Assembly: GCF_009914755.1 (NCBI RefSeq) | Contig: NC_060931.1 | From: the human T2T-CHM13v2.0 reference genome, Homo sapiens | Direction: 5' to 3' (one strand) | Length of the DNA stretch: 64,000 bases | Part shown: positions 45,609-59,336 of the stretch, in pieces | Layout of the letters: each line of letters begins with the position of its first letter | Position numbering within the stretch: the stretch's first letter is position 1 | Program-made: the position numbers and the translations under genes | Notes under the pieces: generated by a model | Databases searched by the model: none | The model's input: only the letters and a program-made list of their open reading frames with translations | What the model was told of the DNA's origin: nothing

Positions 45609-46561
45609 TTCCCAAGTGAAAACTTCAGGATTTTTTAAAAAACTTTTCCTATGAAGAGAACTAAGGAGATAATAGGCCTAAGTACAGAAGAAGCAAATTA
45701 AAAAGAATTTCCAACTCCCACATCACTATGTTTAAGCAATGTGAATACATCCACAAGTAGAAAAAAGACTAGAAGGAAATGTACTAAAATGTTAACAATT
45801 GTCATCCACACATGAATAGTGAAATAAGGCTAATATTTGTTTTATTTTGCTATGTTCTTCAATATTTTTCAGACTTTCCACAATGATTATTGCTTTTGTT
45901 ATTAGAAACCATAATCAAATGCTACAGGACACAGAAAATGCGGGGAGAAAAAAGGTAGACGTCTGGTAATCGAAGGCCCTGGGACTTGCAGCTTCTCAAC
46001 TTGCTCAAGTTTATACAGTTCTTAAAGCTTTCTTCCAAATGTAGGTCAAAGCTAAGTCACTGAGTCCTTAGAGAATTCCTTCTGTCACTGCAGACAGCCC
46101 TCTGGCATTTATAATCCATAGTGGAGGTTGAAAATACAGGTGACAATAAAGAAAAGACCCAAGACTGTGCCATGATCTGTTTTTATCTATTTTTCTTAGA
46201 AATTTTAATGGTATTTGGGGGCAGAGTTTCCCAACAAAATTGAACAGAATGTACCTTCACATTGCCTCTGAGAATAAAACAATGTTTACGGCTCCAAAGG
46301 ACGGGGGTGGGGGTGTCTATAGGACTCGTGCACATTCTGCTCTCATGCATGAGATCTCAGCTATGGGTTTTGAACAGAAAAGTATATTTCCTTCTAGTCT
46401 TTTCTCTACTCCTGGATGTATTCACATTGCTTAAACATAGTGACATGGGAGTTGGAAATTCTTTTTAATTTGCTTCTTCTGTACGTAGGCCCGTTATCTC
46501 CTTCGTAGTTCTCTTCATAAGAGAAGTTTTAAAAAAAAATCTTGAAGTTTTCACTTGGGAA
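45609..46561. repeat. Non-Alu inverted repeat with arms 45609-45785 and 46381-46561
   Basis: Manual alignment: about 180 bp at roughly 90% identity in reverse complement. Confidence 0.93.
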
Positions 46562-46672
46562 CATAAAACAATATTAACTGCTCCAAAGGGCAGAGGGTGG
46601 GGGTGCCTGCAGGATTCATGCACATTCTGCTCTCACCCATGAGATCTCAGCCATGGGTTTCAAACAGAAAAG
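46274..46672. repeat. Direct repeat with copies 46274-46382 and 46563-46672
   Basis: About 110 bp at roughly 85% identity by manual alignment; shared cores GCTCCAAAGG, TGCACATTCTGCTCTCA, CATGAGATCTCAGC. Confidence 0.93.
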
Positions 46673-49084
46673 AGGGATCCGCATGTCTTAACTCACTGCC
46701 TCTGTGGTAGAGGAGAATTTGCATGGCTGGCATTTCTATCAAAAAGCAGAATTAGATAGTAAGATGAAAAAGGATAAACTTTTTTACACTAAAAAGTGTA
46801 AATGAATTAAATGAATAAAGTGGTCTTGCAATCATCCCGCACCTAGGTAAATGTATGGGTTTGTACGCATTCTTTGGAGCTTCCCCCTTTCAAGGTAGCC
46901 CATCCAAGAGGATCTGTGGCTGAGTCGTTTGTGCAGCAGCAGGGATGGACAGCGCGGATGCATCCAATCCTCCTGGTCCAGCCTCTGGCCTGGGCCTCCA
47001 AATGGTTGCCTGGGAGAAGGGGATGAGTTTTCAGCAGTGGAGCTGAGAGTTTTCCGTGAGTAAAGTTAACACATTTCATTACTTGGCTATTATCACCTTC
47101 TATTTAACAAAGCACAAGCCATTTATGACTCTCAAAGAGCCATTCACCTTCTACCTAATATCACTCTCACAGCAACCTTGCAAATTATGAAGATTATTCC
47201 ACATTTTACAATTATGAAAACAGACTTGGGATGAAGTAGCCCAAACCCCATCCCTGGGAAGCAGCAGTCAGAAGGAGAGAGAAAGGACCACGGACAAGTG
47301 AACAAGAAGTCCAGTGCCCTTACCCGGTAGTGCCTGCCCTCTGCAGGGTAGCCCACTGAGCACACTGTAGACCTTACTCTTCCCTGCAAGTCAAATTGTC
47401 ACAACGACGGGTATATTTTTATGTTGCATTCTCCCACAGGTAGATGTACCATAAGTGCTGGTGAAATACTTGATGCCTGGCTGACTTGGAGAGATGCAAC
47501 CTCCACGAGCACTAGGCTGCATTAGCCAAGCCATCGTTGACAGACACGGCGGGCAAAAAATATTCTAAAAGAATCAGTTGAAATGCCTAACACAGAGACA
47601 GAAATCTTTTCTCTCTCTTCATGTCCCCTCATGTCCCAAGCAACTTTAAGTTACTTATTTCTAAAGCCCAGTCTGGCCCTATTTTTTTAAAATTGCATTA
47701 ATATGACTTGTTCAGTCTTTGCAATAAAACTAGCAGCATGAATGGATGAATGTCCTGCACAGATCCAGGTAACGAGGGTACTGTCTATTTTGGCTTTTGT
47801 GGAAAGCTGCCCATTTATTCTGATTTAGAAGCAAATAAATATTATAATATTCTCCAGTCATTTTTTTCCTGTATTTTCCTGTCCTCTTTCCCTTTTTTTA
47901 TGTGTAACCTGAATGATCCTGCCAGAGTCTGATGAGAGCCTTCTAAACCAGGCTCCTTTCACGAGCACAAAAGACTTTCAGAACCTCTCATTCCCCCAAA
48001 GCAGAAGGAAGCTCAGAGAACTCTTTGGGAACATGATCAACTCTAGCACAGCCACTGGCTCTCAGGAAGGGTCCATGTTCCCTGCAACAGGGGAGTTACC
48101 CAGGGGAGATGAGGAAGCAAAGTACACGCTAAGAGAACTCAAGAACAGAAGCAGAGCTGGTCTATATCAGCCCCTTACCAGTTTACACTTTTAGTCATTT
48201 TATGCTGGGCACAAGCTTGACCACTGCCACATGGCTTTTATTTCTGAGAAATCACTAAAGGATTACAGAAATTTTGGCCTGCTATGTTAATTCTACCAAA
48301 ATATCCTAATTTTGTATTTTTCCAAAAGGCCAAAAGGCAAATGGAAAGCAGATAGCTGGTGATATTTGATTTTCTAAAAAAAATTAAATTAAATGCAGCA
48401 TGGTTTCAAGTATTCCATAGGATAAAAGACTCTCAAATATGTACAAGCCATTTATAGTTAAAATACTAGATAAAACATAAATGTTATAATTGAGAATTTC
48501 TGATGGCAATTTTACTGAATTTAAAATCAATAAAGAACACCCATCATCTGGGTAACTAATTTTGCTTTTCCGTCTGACTTATTCCACCTAAACCAGGTAA
48601 CCTTCCCACAAAATAAATATTTCTTTTGACGTTGCTTATGAAATGTGGAATTGACCCAGAAATTCTAATTTCCTGACTTTGTTTACTGAGAACTCTGATT
48701 CAAAACTGGGTCAAGAGATGTCTGCATTGTATGTCAAAACTTCTTCCAACTGAATTCACCTTTCAGCCAGTCCCGCGGACTCAGTGGACTTCATCCCAAA
48801 TGCCTGTTTATTCATTTCCTCCCCTGGAAACGTTAAAAGCTCCGTGTTGTTAACCAGCTGGTTAGAGTTGAGCAAATCCTCATAAATCAGCCCTTTGCCC
48901 AACGAGCTGGGAGTTCATGGTCGCTCTTCCCTGACACACAGAGAAAACAACTGAAGCACATTTCGGTTCACAAAAGAACATTCACATGTTCACAGACCTC
49001 GGCTTTCATCTGTCGGATCACAGTTCGTTTTTGATGAACTGTGTTCATCAACCGCCCCCCAGGGCCGCACAGAGGGTGACGGCA

Positions 49085-49260
49085 CGGGCGAGGAGTCTGG
49101 CTGCCAGGGTTCAAGGCCTGGCTCTGTCACTACACTCAGCTCCAGCTCGGGCAAGTCACTGAACTCCCCGAGCGCCATTTCCTCATCTGTAAAACGTGGA
49201 AACAGCAGTGGGCTTGCCGGGAGGATTAAGTGAGGATGCGCAGGGGAAGTGTTCTATAGA
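49085..49260 (+). mobile_element. MIR
   Basis: GGGTTCAAGGCCTGGCTCTGTCACT...GGGCAAGTCACTGAAC...TTTCCTCATCTGTAAAA. Confidence 0.8.
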
Positions 49261-49531
49261 TGTCAGCTCTCAGTAGAACCTCTGCCCCCATGCTGACATG
49301 AAGTATGTCTATGAAGCGGTGGGATTGTCTTTCCTGCCTGATTTCTGTAAATGCCGTCTGTTACCTTACAGTCGCACCTTGTGCAACTGTTTGAGTCCAT
49401 TAAATTCCCAGAGAGACCCTGAGACTAGCTGATCAAAAACACACCACCTATGTGGTACTTGGTGTGTCTGTGTGTCTGTGATCAACAAAGTGATAAATGC
49501 TTTTAAGTGTTGGGATTCACCATTGATGCTA

Positions 49532-49972
<441 letters not shown>

Positions 49973-50099
49973 TTACAAAACTTTTGCGGCTGAAAGTGAG
50001 TTTTAAACAAACTTATATAAAAAGCATAAACATTAAAAACCATTAACTCTATATGGGAGTAACTGGATTCCAACTTGCATACCATGATGTATAATAACA

Positions 50100-50320
50100 C
50101 TAACAGTAACAACTACCGAATATCAGACTGTACAAAACCCTTTATCTCTTTGATTTCCTTAAATCCTCACCATGAGCTTATTGTTTCCATTTTATAAAAT
50201 AAATATAAATAAATAAAACCAAAGCTTATAGAAGGTAAGAAACTTCCCTAAGGCCACACAGCAAAGCCAGAAATTAAGCCTGGGTCTGTTGGATCCCACA
50301 GCCCACGCACATAACTCTGA
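50100..50320 (-). mobile_element. MIR fragment
   Basis: AATCCTCAC...AAGGTAAGAAACTTCCCTAAGGCCACACAGC. Confidence 0.6.
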
Positions 50321-52909
50321 ACAGTACAGGGCCCAAAACCACCCTCCTACTGGCACCAAGTCTGAACTTGTCAACTGAGCTCCAAGTCACAGACAGAATG
50401 ATAAAGGAGGATTGTCACACAAGTCAGGCATGGTGACCGAAACAGGGACTGATGTCCTGGCCAGCTTGTCATGAAGCCCTATTTCAATTTGATTAACATT
50501 TACTCATACCCCATTACTTTAGTCCCCATATGCTGGTGCTGACCCAAAGATATCCTCAAAGATCCACCAAGATGCCAGAAGGCAGCTGGATTCCAAGCAG
50601 AGGTACAGAGAATGCCCCCTCCACAGTTCTGTACAGGACTTTCCCCACAAGTCCTGACAAATCCTGTGAAGGCCCATAGGTCACATGAAGTCCTTCATGA
50701 AAACAGATCTATCAGCTCAGGTTTCTAAACCTTCTTCTCTAACGCCACCCAGGTTCCTCTCTCTCTTTCTCTCCAGGGGCCTGCCTGTTCCTTCTGCAGT
50801 CAGAAGAACAAGACATGAATTCATGCAAACAGATGCCCAGAGAGGCACAAGCCCATGGCTTGCACAAATAGCGGGATTGCCAACCCCAGTCTGAACTCTG
50901 CCAGAACAATCTGCTTCCTCATCTTTTATGGGTCTAAGACAATCTGCTTCTTTAGCCCTAGGCTATTGAGAAAAATACAAGGTCCACAACTTAACTCAGT
51001 GAGCATTCCCTCAAAGAAACTATTCCCTGAATCTTCACCTAGTTTTGCTGCTCTCCTTTGGAGGTCAGTGAAGGTGGGATATTGATCCCCAGGGTCCACA
51101 GCCCAGCCCTCCTCAGTGCAGCCCTGCCTGAGGGTCCTGGGAAACCAGGCAATGCTGGAACCCAAGGAAGAGCACAGGATCGCTTCCCTCTCCCCTCAGG
51201 CACTTTTTAAATCTAGCCCCCAAATTTCCAGGCAGGGGGCCAAGCTGTTCAATAGAAGGCATACACTAAACTGAGGAGCCAGACTGGAATGGGAAGTGGC
51301 CTTCTCACGGAGCTAAGAAGGGACTCTGTTCATTGATTTATCCATCCCTGTCTAATTCACCTATTTACTGAACACCCACTTTGTTACAGGAGGGGCTGAT
51401 CTAGGTGCTGACGCTCCAGTGATAGGGACACTCCGTCCTTCCCTTGAGAGCTTACATGTCCTAGTTGCAGCCCATATTCTAGTAGGGGTGGGTGAGAGTG
51501 ATAGAAAGAGAGTGGCCAGAGGTGGAGAGGAGTGTCAGCAAAGGCCTCAGGGACCCTCACATCAAATATTGAGAAATATCCCCTGATGCAGAGTGGGGAG
51601 GAGAGACGGAGGCAGCAGGAGGTCACATATTCAATGATCAAAAACATAAAGAGGACTGTAACTTCAAATAAAGAGAAAGATTTCATGACCTTGGCCTTTT
51701 AGAAGCTAAGGGAACTGAAACTGAAAAGGTCATATAAGGGCGGAAAATGAAGCAGAGTCCACAATTATCACCTGTTTAAAGGTGAGGAAAATGAAGTGCA
51801 AAAAGGAAGAGAACACACTTGGCATATGGCAGCGTTGGTTTGTGAGCCCCATCAGTCTGATCCAGAACTTAAGCCTTTGCCCACTGAGCTCCAGTTCTAC
51901 ATTTCTATGGCTTAAAAACATGTAGATATTCAAAATCCTAAATATGATGGAAGGAAGATCATCAGTAAGCAGCTTATTCAAAGGTTATGGGGACTGAAGA
52001 CAAACGGAAGAGTAAATTAATGTGAAAAAACATAGATGGGCCAGCAGAGATAAGCAAGGGGAAGGTTTAATAGAGCGAAGCTGATGCAAACAACAGTGTG
52101 CTCCTCTGCAAGAGTGCACCCTGTCTCCTCGACGGGCTCGTCCAGTAAGACAATAGCAGAGGCTCACATGCTGCTGGGATGTCTAACATATGATGTCTGG
52201 AGAGGCTTTGCTAGGGGCAGTATCACTCACGACTCCATGAACATTCACGCAACCCCGCTAAGTGTGGGGACCAGCTGGATCCTGGTGCACCAAGGATGAT
52301 AAAATGGCTTCGCCTTCATGGATCTCAGTCACTAGCCAAACTTGACATGGAAAAAATCAGTGCTAACAAGAACTTCAGGTGCTATTCAGCTGAGAATCTG
52401 AGGGGTACAGTGAATGTGCTGCCTCTGGGCCCAAGGGCCCAGCTGTGTCCCAGCTGAGATGTCGGCCAAAAGCAGCACACAACAAATGTCCACACACTCA
52501 ACTGCTCTGCTTAGAACAGAAAGCTCCAGGGAAGACAGTCAGGACAAAATGTGCATCACCTAAAGTGCCAACAAAGTTGTGTATCATCCCTGCAGCTTCT
52601 GCTGAGACCCCAGCTTACCATCATATCAGTAAGGCAAACTGCAGGCCACCCAGATGCAGGCGCTTAATTCCATAGTCATTGTAAAAGCTCCTCGGGCAAT
52701 GACCAGGACGGCAGATACCATGGTACTGACCATTCTGGAATATGTGTCTTTGAAAAGATAGCCCACTCCCACCACCTACAGAAAAACAAATTAAAGCTAA
52801 ACGGCCTTGCCTCTTATCTCCAAGGAACTCATCACCCCGCTTCAAGAAGAAAGGAGAGCTATTCCTTCACTGCTACAAAGAAGGGCTGCACTAGACTGAA
52901 TCAGGCCCC

Positions 52910-55085
52910 TTCACTCATTCAGCAAACATGTACTGAGCTCCTACTGTGTAATGGGGACTAGTAGCTAGACCCTGGTCTAGACACTTGGACTCTAGCAATC
53001 AACAAAATAGACACATCCCCATCACTGGAAGATTAGAGTTTACCAGGAGGAAAGGATAGTGTTTGTTAGAGGTTACCAAGCGGCTATGGGAAAATAAAAG
53101 TAGAGTGGTGTTCAGTGGGACCAGGCAACCGGGGGTAGGCAGGAGGCAGGCAGGCAGACAGAGCAAGGTGATCTGGGTGGATCACACAAAAAATGGACAT
53201 TTGAGCACAGACTTGACAGACATGAGCGAGTCAGGAGAACAGACACAGGGGAAGAGGAAGAAGAAAGAGCCAGGGCAACAAGGCAAAAATGTTCCTGGTG
53301 TGTTTAAGAAAAGGCAGTGGGCAGTATGGCTGGTGATATGGTTTGGCTGTGTCTCCACCTAAATCTCATCTTGAATTCCCATGTGTTGTGGGAGGGACCT
53401 GGTGAGAGGGAATTGAATCATGGGGGCAGGTCTTTCCCATGCCATTCTCGTGATATTAAGTCTCACGAGATCTGATGATTTTTAAGAGGGGAGTTTCCCT
53501 GCACAAACTCTCCTCTTGTCTGCTGCCATGTGAGATGTGCCTTTCACCTTCCACCATGATTGTGAGGCATCCCCAGCCATGTGGAACCGAAAGTCCAATA
53601 AACTTCTTTCTTTTGTAAATTGTCCAGTCGTGGGTATGTCTGTATTGGCAGCGTAAAAACAGACTAATACAGCTGGAGCAGAGGGAAGGCGTGGGTGGGC
53701 AGGTAACGGGAGGGACAGAGTGTGCTGCCCAAGGCCACTGTATGGACATTGACTCCAAGGGAAATGGGACCCTTGGGTGAGTTTTAAGCAGGAGAGTGAC
53801 ATAATCCAACTTATATTTGTAAAGGCTCACTGTGTTGACAACAGACTCTAGTAAAGCAAGGATGGTGGTGAGGAAACTGAGGGCTGTTGGTGCAATCCAG
53901 GAAAGAGCTGATGGTGGCTCCTAGGAAGGCAGTGAGCAGGGGGCAGATTCTGGTGCTTTATGAAGAGAAAAGTCCACAGAATTTCCTAGCAAGCTAGACT
54001 TGGGATGTGTGTGTGGCAAGGGGGTATGGGTGTGTGTATGTGTGAGAGAGTGAGAGAGAGACAGAGAGGTGAGGGAGTGGGGAATATGGTTCCAATGTTC
54101 CACCGTTGGGAGCCTGAAGAACTGAAAGCATGGCCTTGCCATCACCTGGGCTAGAAAAGGTGTAGCAGCCTGAAGTGGGTGGAGAGTAGCTCATTTCGCC
54201 AATGTCATGTTTAAGATGTCTTGCAGATATCCAAACAGAAGTGTCTGATGGGCAGCTGATACACAAGTGTGAAGTTTGGATGGGAGAGAGCTGGGCTGGA
54301 AGAATGAATTTGGACGTTATAAGCAAATCAGTGGTATTTCAATTCATAAAACTGGCTGCGAGCTCCCAAGGAATAAGTACAGAGGGAGAAGAGGGCCCAG
54401 GTCTGAACTCTGTGCTCTCCCATGTGCAGGAGATAAGAACGAGGAGTGGCCTGCAGAGGACAGGCAGTGGTGGGGGCGGAGGACAACAGAGAAGGCCCAG
54501 CTATCATGCAGAGACTGTGCCAGGTGGAGCAGGGGGAAGACCCCTGTCATCATGTCAAGCATAATGAAGACTGAAAACTGACCACTGGTCTAAGCAACCA
54601 GAGGACCAACAGTGGCCTGGACAAGGCAGCTTTTGTGGAACAAGTGACTGGGGCAAAAACTAGAGTGGGTTCAAAAGAGAATGGCTGAGGGTGAAAACAG
54701 CGAGCTCCAATGGCCCTGTGAAAGAGAGCTTACACACAGAGGAGCCAGGGGAAGGTGGCAGCTGGTGAGATGAACATGGTCACTGAGTGTCTGTTTCTTT
54801 TCAGAGGATGGACATGTGTATCCTGATGGAGCAATCCAGCAGAAAGACAAATCAGGTGACACAGGCGGGAGAGAGGTGGAGTGATGGCCTGGAAAAGGCT
54901 GGAGGGTAGGACCCAGGATGCGCTCAGCATTGCCTTTAGACAGCAGCCAAACAGTTCGAACAGCTCATCTGTGGGAGGCAGTGGGCACAGACCCTGGCAG
55001 ATGAGAAGTCGGTGAAAATTATCTCCTGTTGGAGTGAAACTCCAAGATTTCCTTAGTGAAAGTAGAAAGTAAGGTTATCGCTGAG
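52910..55085 (-). mobile_element. Long L2 relic interrupted by a THE1 LTR
   Basis: Begins TCACTCATTCAGCAAACATGTACTGAGCTCCTACTGTG; purine-rich body with TTTTAAGCAGGAGAGTGACATAATC and similar L2 motifs. Confidence 0.8.
53334..53671 (+). mobile_element. THE1 (THE1A/B-like) MaLR solo LTR
   Basis: TGATATGGTTTGGCTGTGTC...ACAGACTAATACA termini; 5-bp TSD GCTGG at 53329-53333 and 53672-53676. Confidence 0.95.
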
Positions 55086-55276
55086 AAATGACATCCAAAA
55101 AAGTCTTTGACATCCAAAAAGGTATAATGTGTAATTACCCTTTCTATTGTCTACTAAATTATATAGCCCAAGAATAAGGAAATCTCACATCTACTCTAAA
55201 ATCCTCTGGCAAACCTGGACCTGCACAGATGTTTCCTTACTGGAAAGGCGTTCCAATCGTTCACCCAGTATCTGGA

Positions 55277-55487
55277 CTGGGGGCTGGCAAAGCTTTTTTT
55301 GTCAAAGGCTACAGTGTAAATATTTTCAGTTTTGCAGGCCAGTCTGTTGTAATTCTGCAACTCTGCAATAGTAGGGCTAAGGCAACCACACACAATCATA
55401 AACAAATGGAGTGGCTGTGTTCCAATAAAACTTTACTTACACAAACAGGCTGGGTTTGGCCCTCCAACTATGGTTTGCCAACTCCTA
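55277..55487. mobile_element. MER58A-like hAT-Charlie element
   Basis: GGGGCTGGCAAA...GGCTGTGTTCCAATAAAACTTTA...TTTGCCAACTCCT. Confidence 0.85.
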
Positions 55488-55641
55488 TAATCTAGAAAAC
55501 AGACTTTCTAGGGATTATATTAGAATATCAGAACTTCTCACCTACACTAAAAATATTACTGCCTAACAAATGGAAGGTCCAGATACATCACAGACAGCAA
55601 TGGGTAACATGACTTAAATTTCAGCCTATGCAGAATTTCCA

Positions 55642-55965
55642 GGCTAGGCGCGGTGGCTCACCCCTGTAATCCTAGCACTTTGGGAGGATGAGGTGGGTGG
55701 ATATCTTGAGCCCAGGAGTTCAAGACCAGCTTGGGCAACATGATGAAACCCTGTCTCTACAAAAAAATCCAAAAAAAAATTAGCCAGTGTGGTGGCGCAT
55801 GCCTGTGGTCCCGGCTACATGGGAGGCTTAGGTGGGAGGACTGCCTGAGCCCAGGAGGTCAAGACTGAAATGAACCATGATCACAACTTTGCATTCTAGC
55901 CTGGGTGCCAAAGCGAGACCCCATCTCAACAACAAACAAAAAAACAACAAAAACAAAAACAAAAA
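55642..55965 (+). mobile_element. Alu (AluJ-like)
   Basis: Dimer with a CAA-rich tail; TSD ending TTCCA. Confidence 0.93.
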
Positions 55966-56435
55966 CTTCCAAAGCCAGTTCATATAGTTTTTAGTATAAC
56001 TCTATAAATACCATTCAACTGTGATTTCGAGGTGTAATAAAAACATTCCATTGCCCCACACTACATTCCCCTAAGATGACTATACCCATTTTGCAAAAAG
56101 ATAATGGCCTAGGTTAAAATACTCACACGAAGGAACAAGGTCTCATACATCTTGGTAAATAACATCAAGCACTAACTAGCTAGAAAAATCATCCATGTAC
56201 CGAACTTTCCAGGAACTAGTTGCCTGGGCCAGTAAAATGAGACTTCCATCTTCAGATTACAGGACTTCAGAGTGGTCCTTGTAGATGAGCTAGCTTTGTT
56301 ACTGTTGTTGTTTCATGTTTAGGGTCATCTGTAAGTTTGTCTGTAAGAACTCTTTCTCTCCTAGGTTCCTGGGGCCCTACGATTTACAACGGGCCTCCAA
56401 GAGTCCAGGAATCTCTTGGATTCTAAGGCTATGAG

Positions 56436-56646
56436 CAGCACTGTCCAATAGCACTTTCTGTGTTGATGGCGTGTTCCACAGGTGCTCCGTTTGGCAAGGC
56501 AGCCAGTAGACCCGTGGCCGGTGAGCACTTCAAATACGGCCAGTATGACTAGGGCTGAATATTTAATTTTATTCCATTTTAATTTACATAAATTTAAATA
56601 TAAGTAGTCAAATACGGTGAGTGGCTACCATGTTGCGCAGGACAGC
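56436..56646. mobile_element. MER3-like hAT-Charlie element
   Basis: GCACTGTCCAATAGCACTTTCTG...GAGCACTTCAAAT...AGTGGCTACCAT. Confidence 0.8.
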
Positions 56647-56943
56647 TTTAGGGGAAAAAATGGAAATGAAAATGTAAACAGGTACTACTTTTCCTTTCTT
56701 CTTTTCTGTCTAAATTCTCCAAATAGTACCAAAGACCCTGCTTTATATCCTTGCTTTAAAATTAAAAAAATAATAATAATAATCCCTGTAAACGCATGCT
56801 CTTTACCCAAAGAGCCGAAGTTTCTCCTTAAACTTTTTCGCCAAAGGACCTCACATTTCACTTCTGACCAGCTAAGCTTATTACCAACTTTCCAATATTC
56901 AATGGAAGACAAGGCCTCACATAGTATTAAAAAAACACATTTT

Positions 56944-56959
56944 TATATGCATATGTATA

Positions 56960-56991
<32 letters not shown>

Positions 56992-57051
56992 CATGTGTGT
57001 ATATATATATACACACATATAAATACACACACACACACACACACACACACA
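56944..57051. repeat. Compound (TA)n/(TG)n/(CA)n microsatellite
   Basis: Directly visible. Confidence 0.92.
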
Positions 57052-57095
57052 GAGGAATTTTTTTGGCAAACAAGAGTCCCAAACAAATTGCTTTT

Positions 57096-57545
<450 letters not shown>

Positions 57546-58009
57546 TCACTGTTAATATTGACGTTCTCATCCTTTCAGGGTATAAACACTATCATATTGG
57601 TGATGCCAACCTCCATATTTGCTTTTCACCAGGTGCAAGCAAACAGCACAAGGACAGGTGGCAACAGGCTAAATGCTGATGAACTTTCATGTGCCAGGCT
57701 GTTATTTGGGTGGGGGGCAAATCAGGAAGGGGCCTGAGGCACCTCGTCATTACCTTATCTTACCCCAGCCAGGGCCATAGCAAGGGCCCAGGACAATCAA
57801 GCTTTGAAAAGTGGACAATTTCTGGGGACAGCAGATAGGAAGGGGTTCCTAGTCAGAAATCCATGCCCCTTACAGGAAGTGAGTTTAGTTTTCTTTCCAG
57901 GTCACTGAAGGACCTGTGACAGCCTGAAGACTTCCCAATCCCTACACCGCCGTCAAATAAAGAACAAGTAAGATGTCCTATATTATATCTATATTTATGT
58001 TTTATATTT

Positions 58010-58916
58010 GCTCAAGTCAAAAAACGATGAGTCATCTTGGATTCCTCTCTCCACAACATAGGCTGAGTCCATCCACTTCCCTCCCTCTTCAGAGCTGGAC
58101 CGTCACCCCCTCTCACCCGGACTCAGCCAAGCTGCAGTAGCCTCCTAAATGACTTCCTAGCTCTCCTCCTGCCCCACATGTTGACCAGGCCACCTTTTCA
58201 AAACAATGACCACAGCATGGAAATCGGGAGCCAGAAATGTAAGCCTGGCCTCCTCAGGTTGGGTCCCCAGCTCCGACACTGGCCATGGGCCTTAGGCATG
58301 TCTCTGCCTCAGTTCCCTCTTCTGTAAAATGGGGAGGGATAATGACAGTAGCCACTTGATAGGATTACCGAGGATTAGATGCGTCACTCATGCAAAACAC
58401 TCAGAATGGGATGAGCACATGCTAAGCACTCTCTAGGAGGTGCCCTCTCTAGAACGCTCCCCTCTGCTCTACCTCCCGTCATGCTTAGAATAAAACTAAA
58501 ATTCCTGCCTCAGCCTCATCTCCTTCCCCTCGTCTCTGCTCTGGCCAGTCTCTGTTTCTGTTGTGAAACACACCATGCCTAGGTCTGCCCCAGGGCTCTG
58601 CGCTGCCGTTCCCTGACCTGCAAGGCCCCTGCCGCAGATCTCCCTGTGGCTGCACCTTCAGGTGTCTCAGGGTCCCTCAATCACCAGCTATCTCATCAGC
58701 CCATTTATGATCATCAGAGCACCCATTCCACCTGGTACCTTCATGTTCACTGCCTTGTTTACCGACTGTCTCCTGACTAGAAGGCGGGCCTGCTCTTCCT
58801 ACAGTGAAGGAACACCATATCTGTTTCCTTCAACACTCCCTTCAGGGCCTAGAACAGTGACTGATTTTAGGAAAAGCACAATAAATGTGGATTGTTTTAA
58901 TGAATGAATGAATGAA
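58010..58916 (+). mobile_element. L2 relic with an internal MIR (about 58215-58430)
   Basis: GAGTCATCTTGGATTCCTCTCT start and (GAAT)n terminus; MIR core CTCTGCCTCAGTTCCCTCTTCTGTAAAATGGGG. Confidence 0.75.
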
Positions 58917-58929
58917 GCCATGTAATATA

Positions 58930-59336
58930 TGTTATGGTGACATCATGATGCCCAACCCAGAGACACAGACACCCTTTAGCGCTCAGCCCATGCAAGGATT
59001 GCCTGTGCCACAGAGAGCTGCTTTGAGCAGAGGGACACTCATTCCTGGGGCAGCCCTCACCCCCAGGAATTATTAGATCAATAACTAATTTGTGTGAAGG
59101 TGTGAAGGCCCAGCCGTCTCAGTACGACTTGGGACAACTCTTACTCCCCACTGGACCCCTGTGGGGTCAGCTGAGGCTGGCATGGCACCTTCGTTGCATC
59201 CTGACATCTCCCTGTACTCCTTCCTGCTCCTCCCCTCTCTTCCCCAGATGCCTGTCTTGAGGGCATTCCCTAATAAACATCCTGCACACAAAACTCTATC
59301 TCAGAGTCTGCCTCCTGGGAAATGCAACCTGCAACA
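58930..59336 (+). mobile_element. ERVL LTR16-like solo LTR
   Basis: 3-prime end GAGGGCATTCCCTAATAAACATCCTGCACACAAAACTCTATCTCAGAGTCTGC...ACCTGCAACA; left boundary uncertain. Confidence 0.7.

Noticed and set aside
50906-50950. Short direct repeats ACAATCTGCTTC (period 33) and TGACATCCAAAAA (55089-55120)
   Set aside because: Two-copy 12-13 bp repeats; ordinary slippage or chance.
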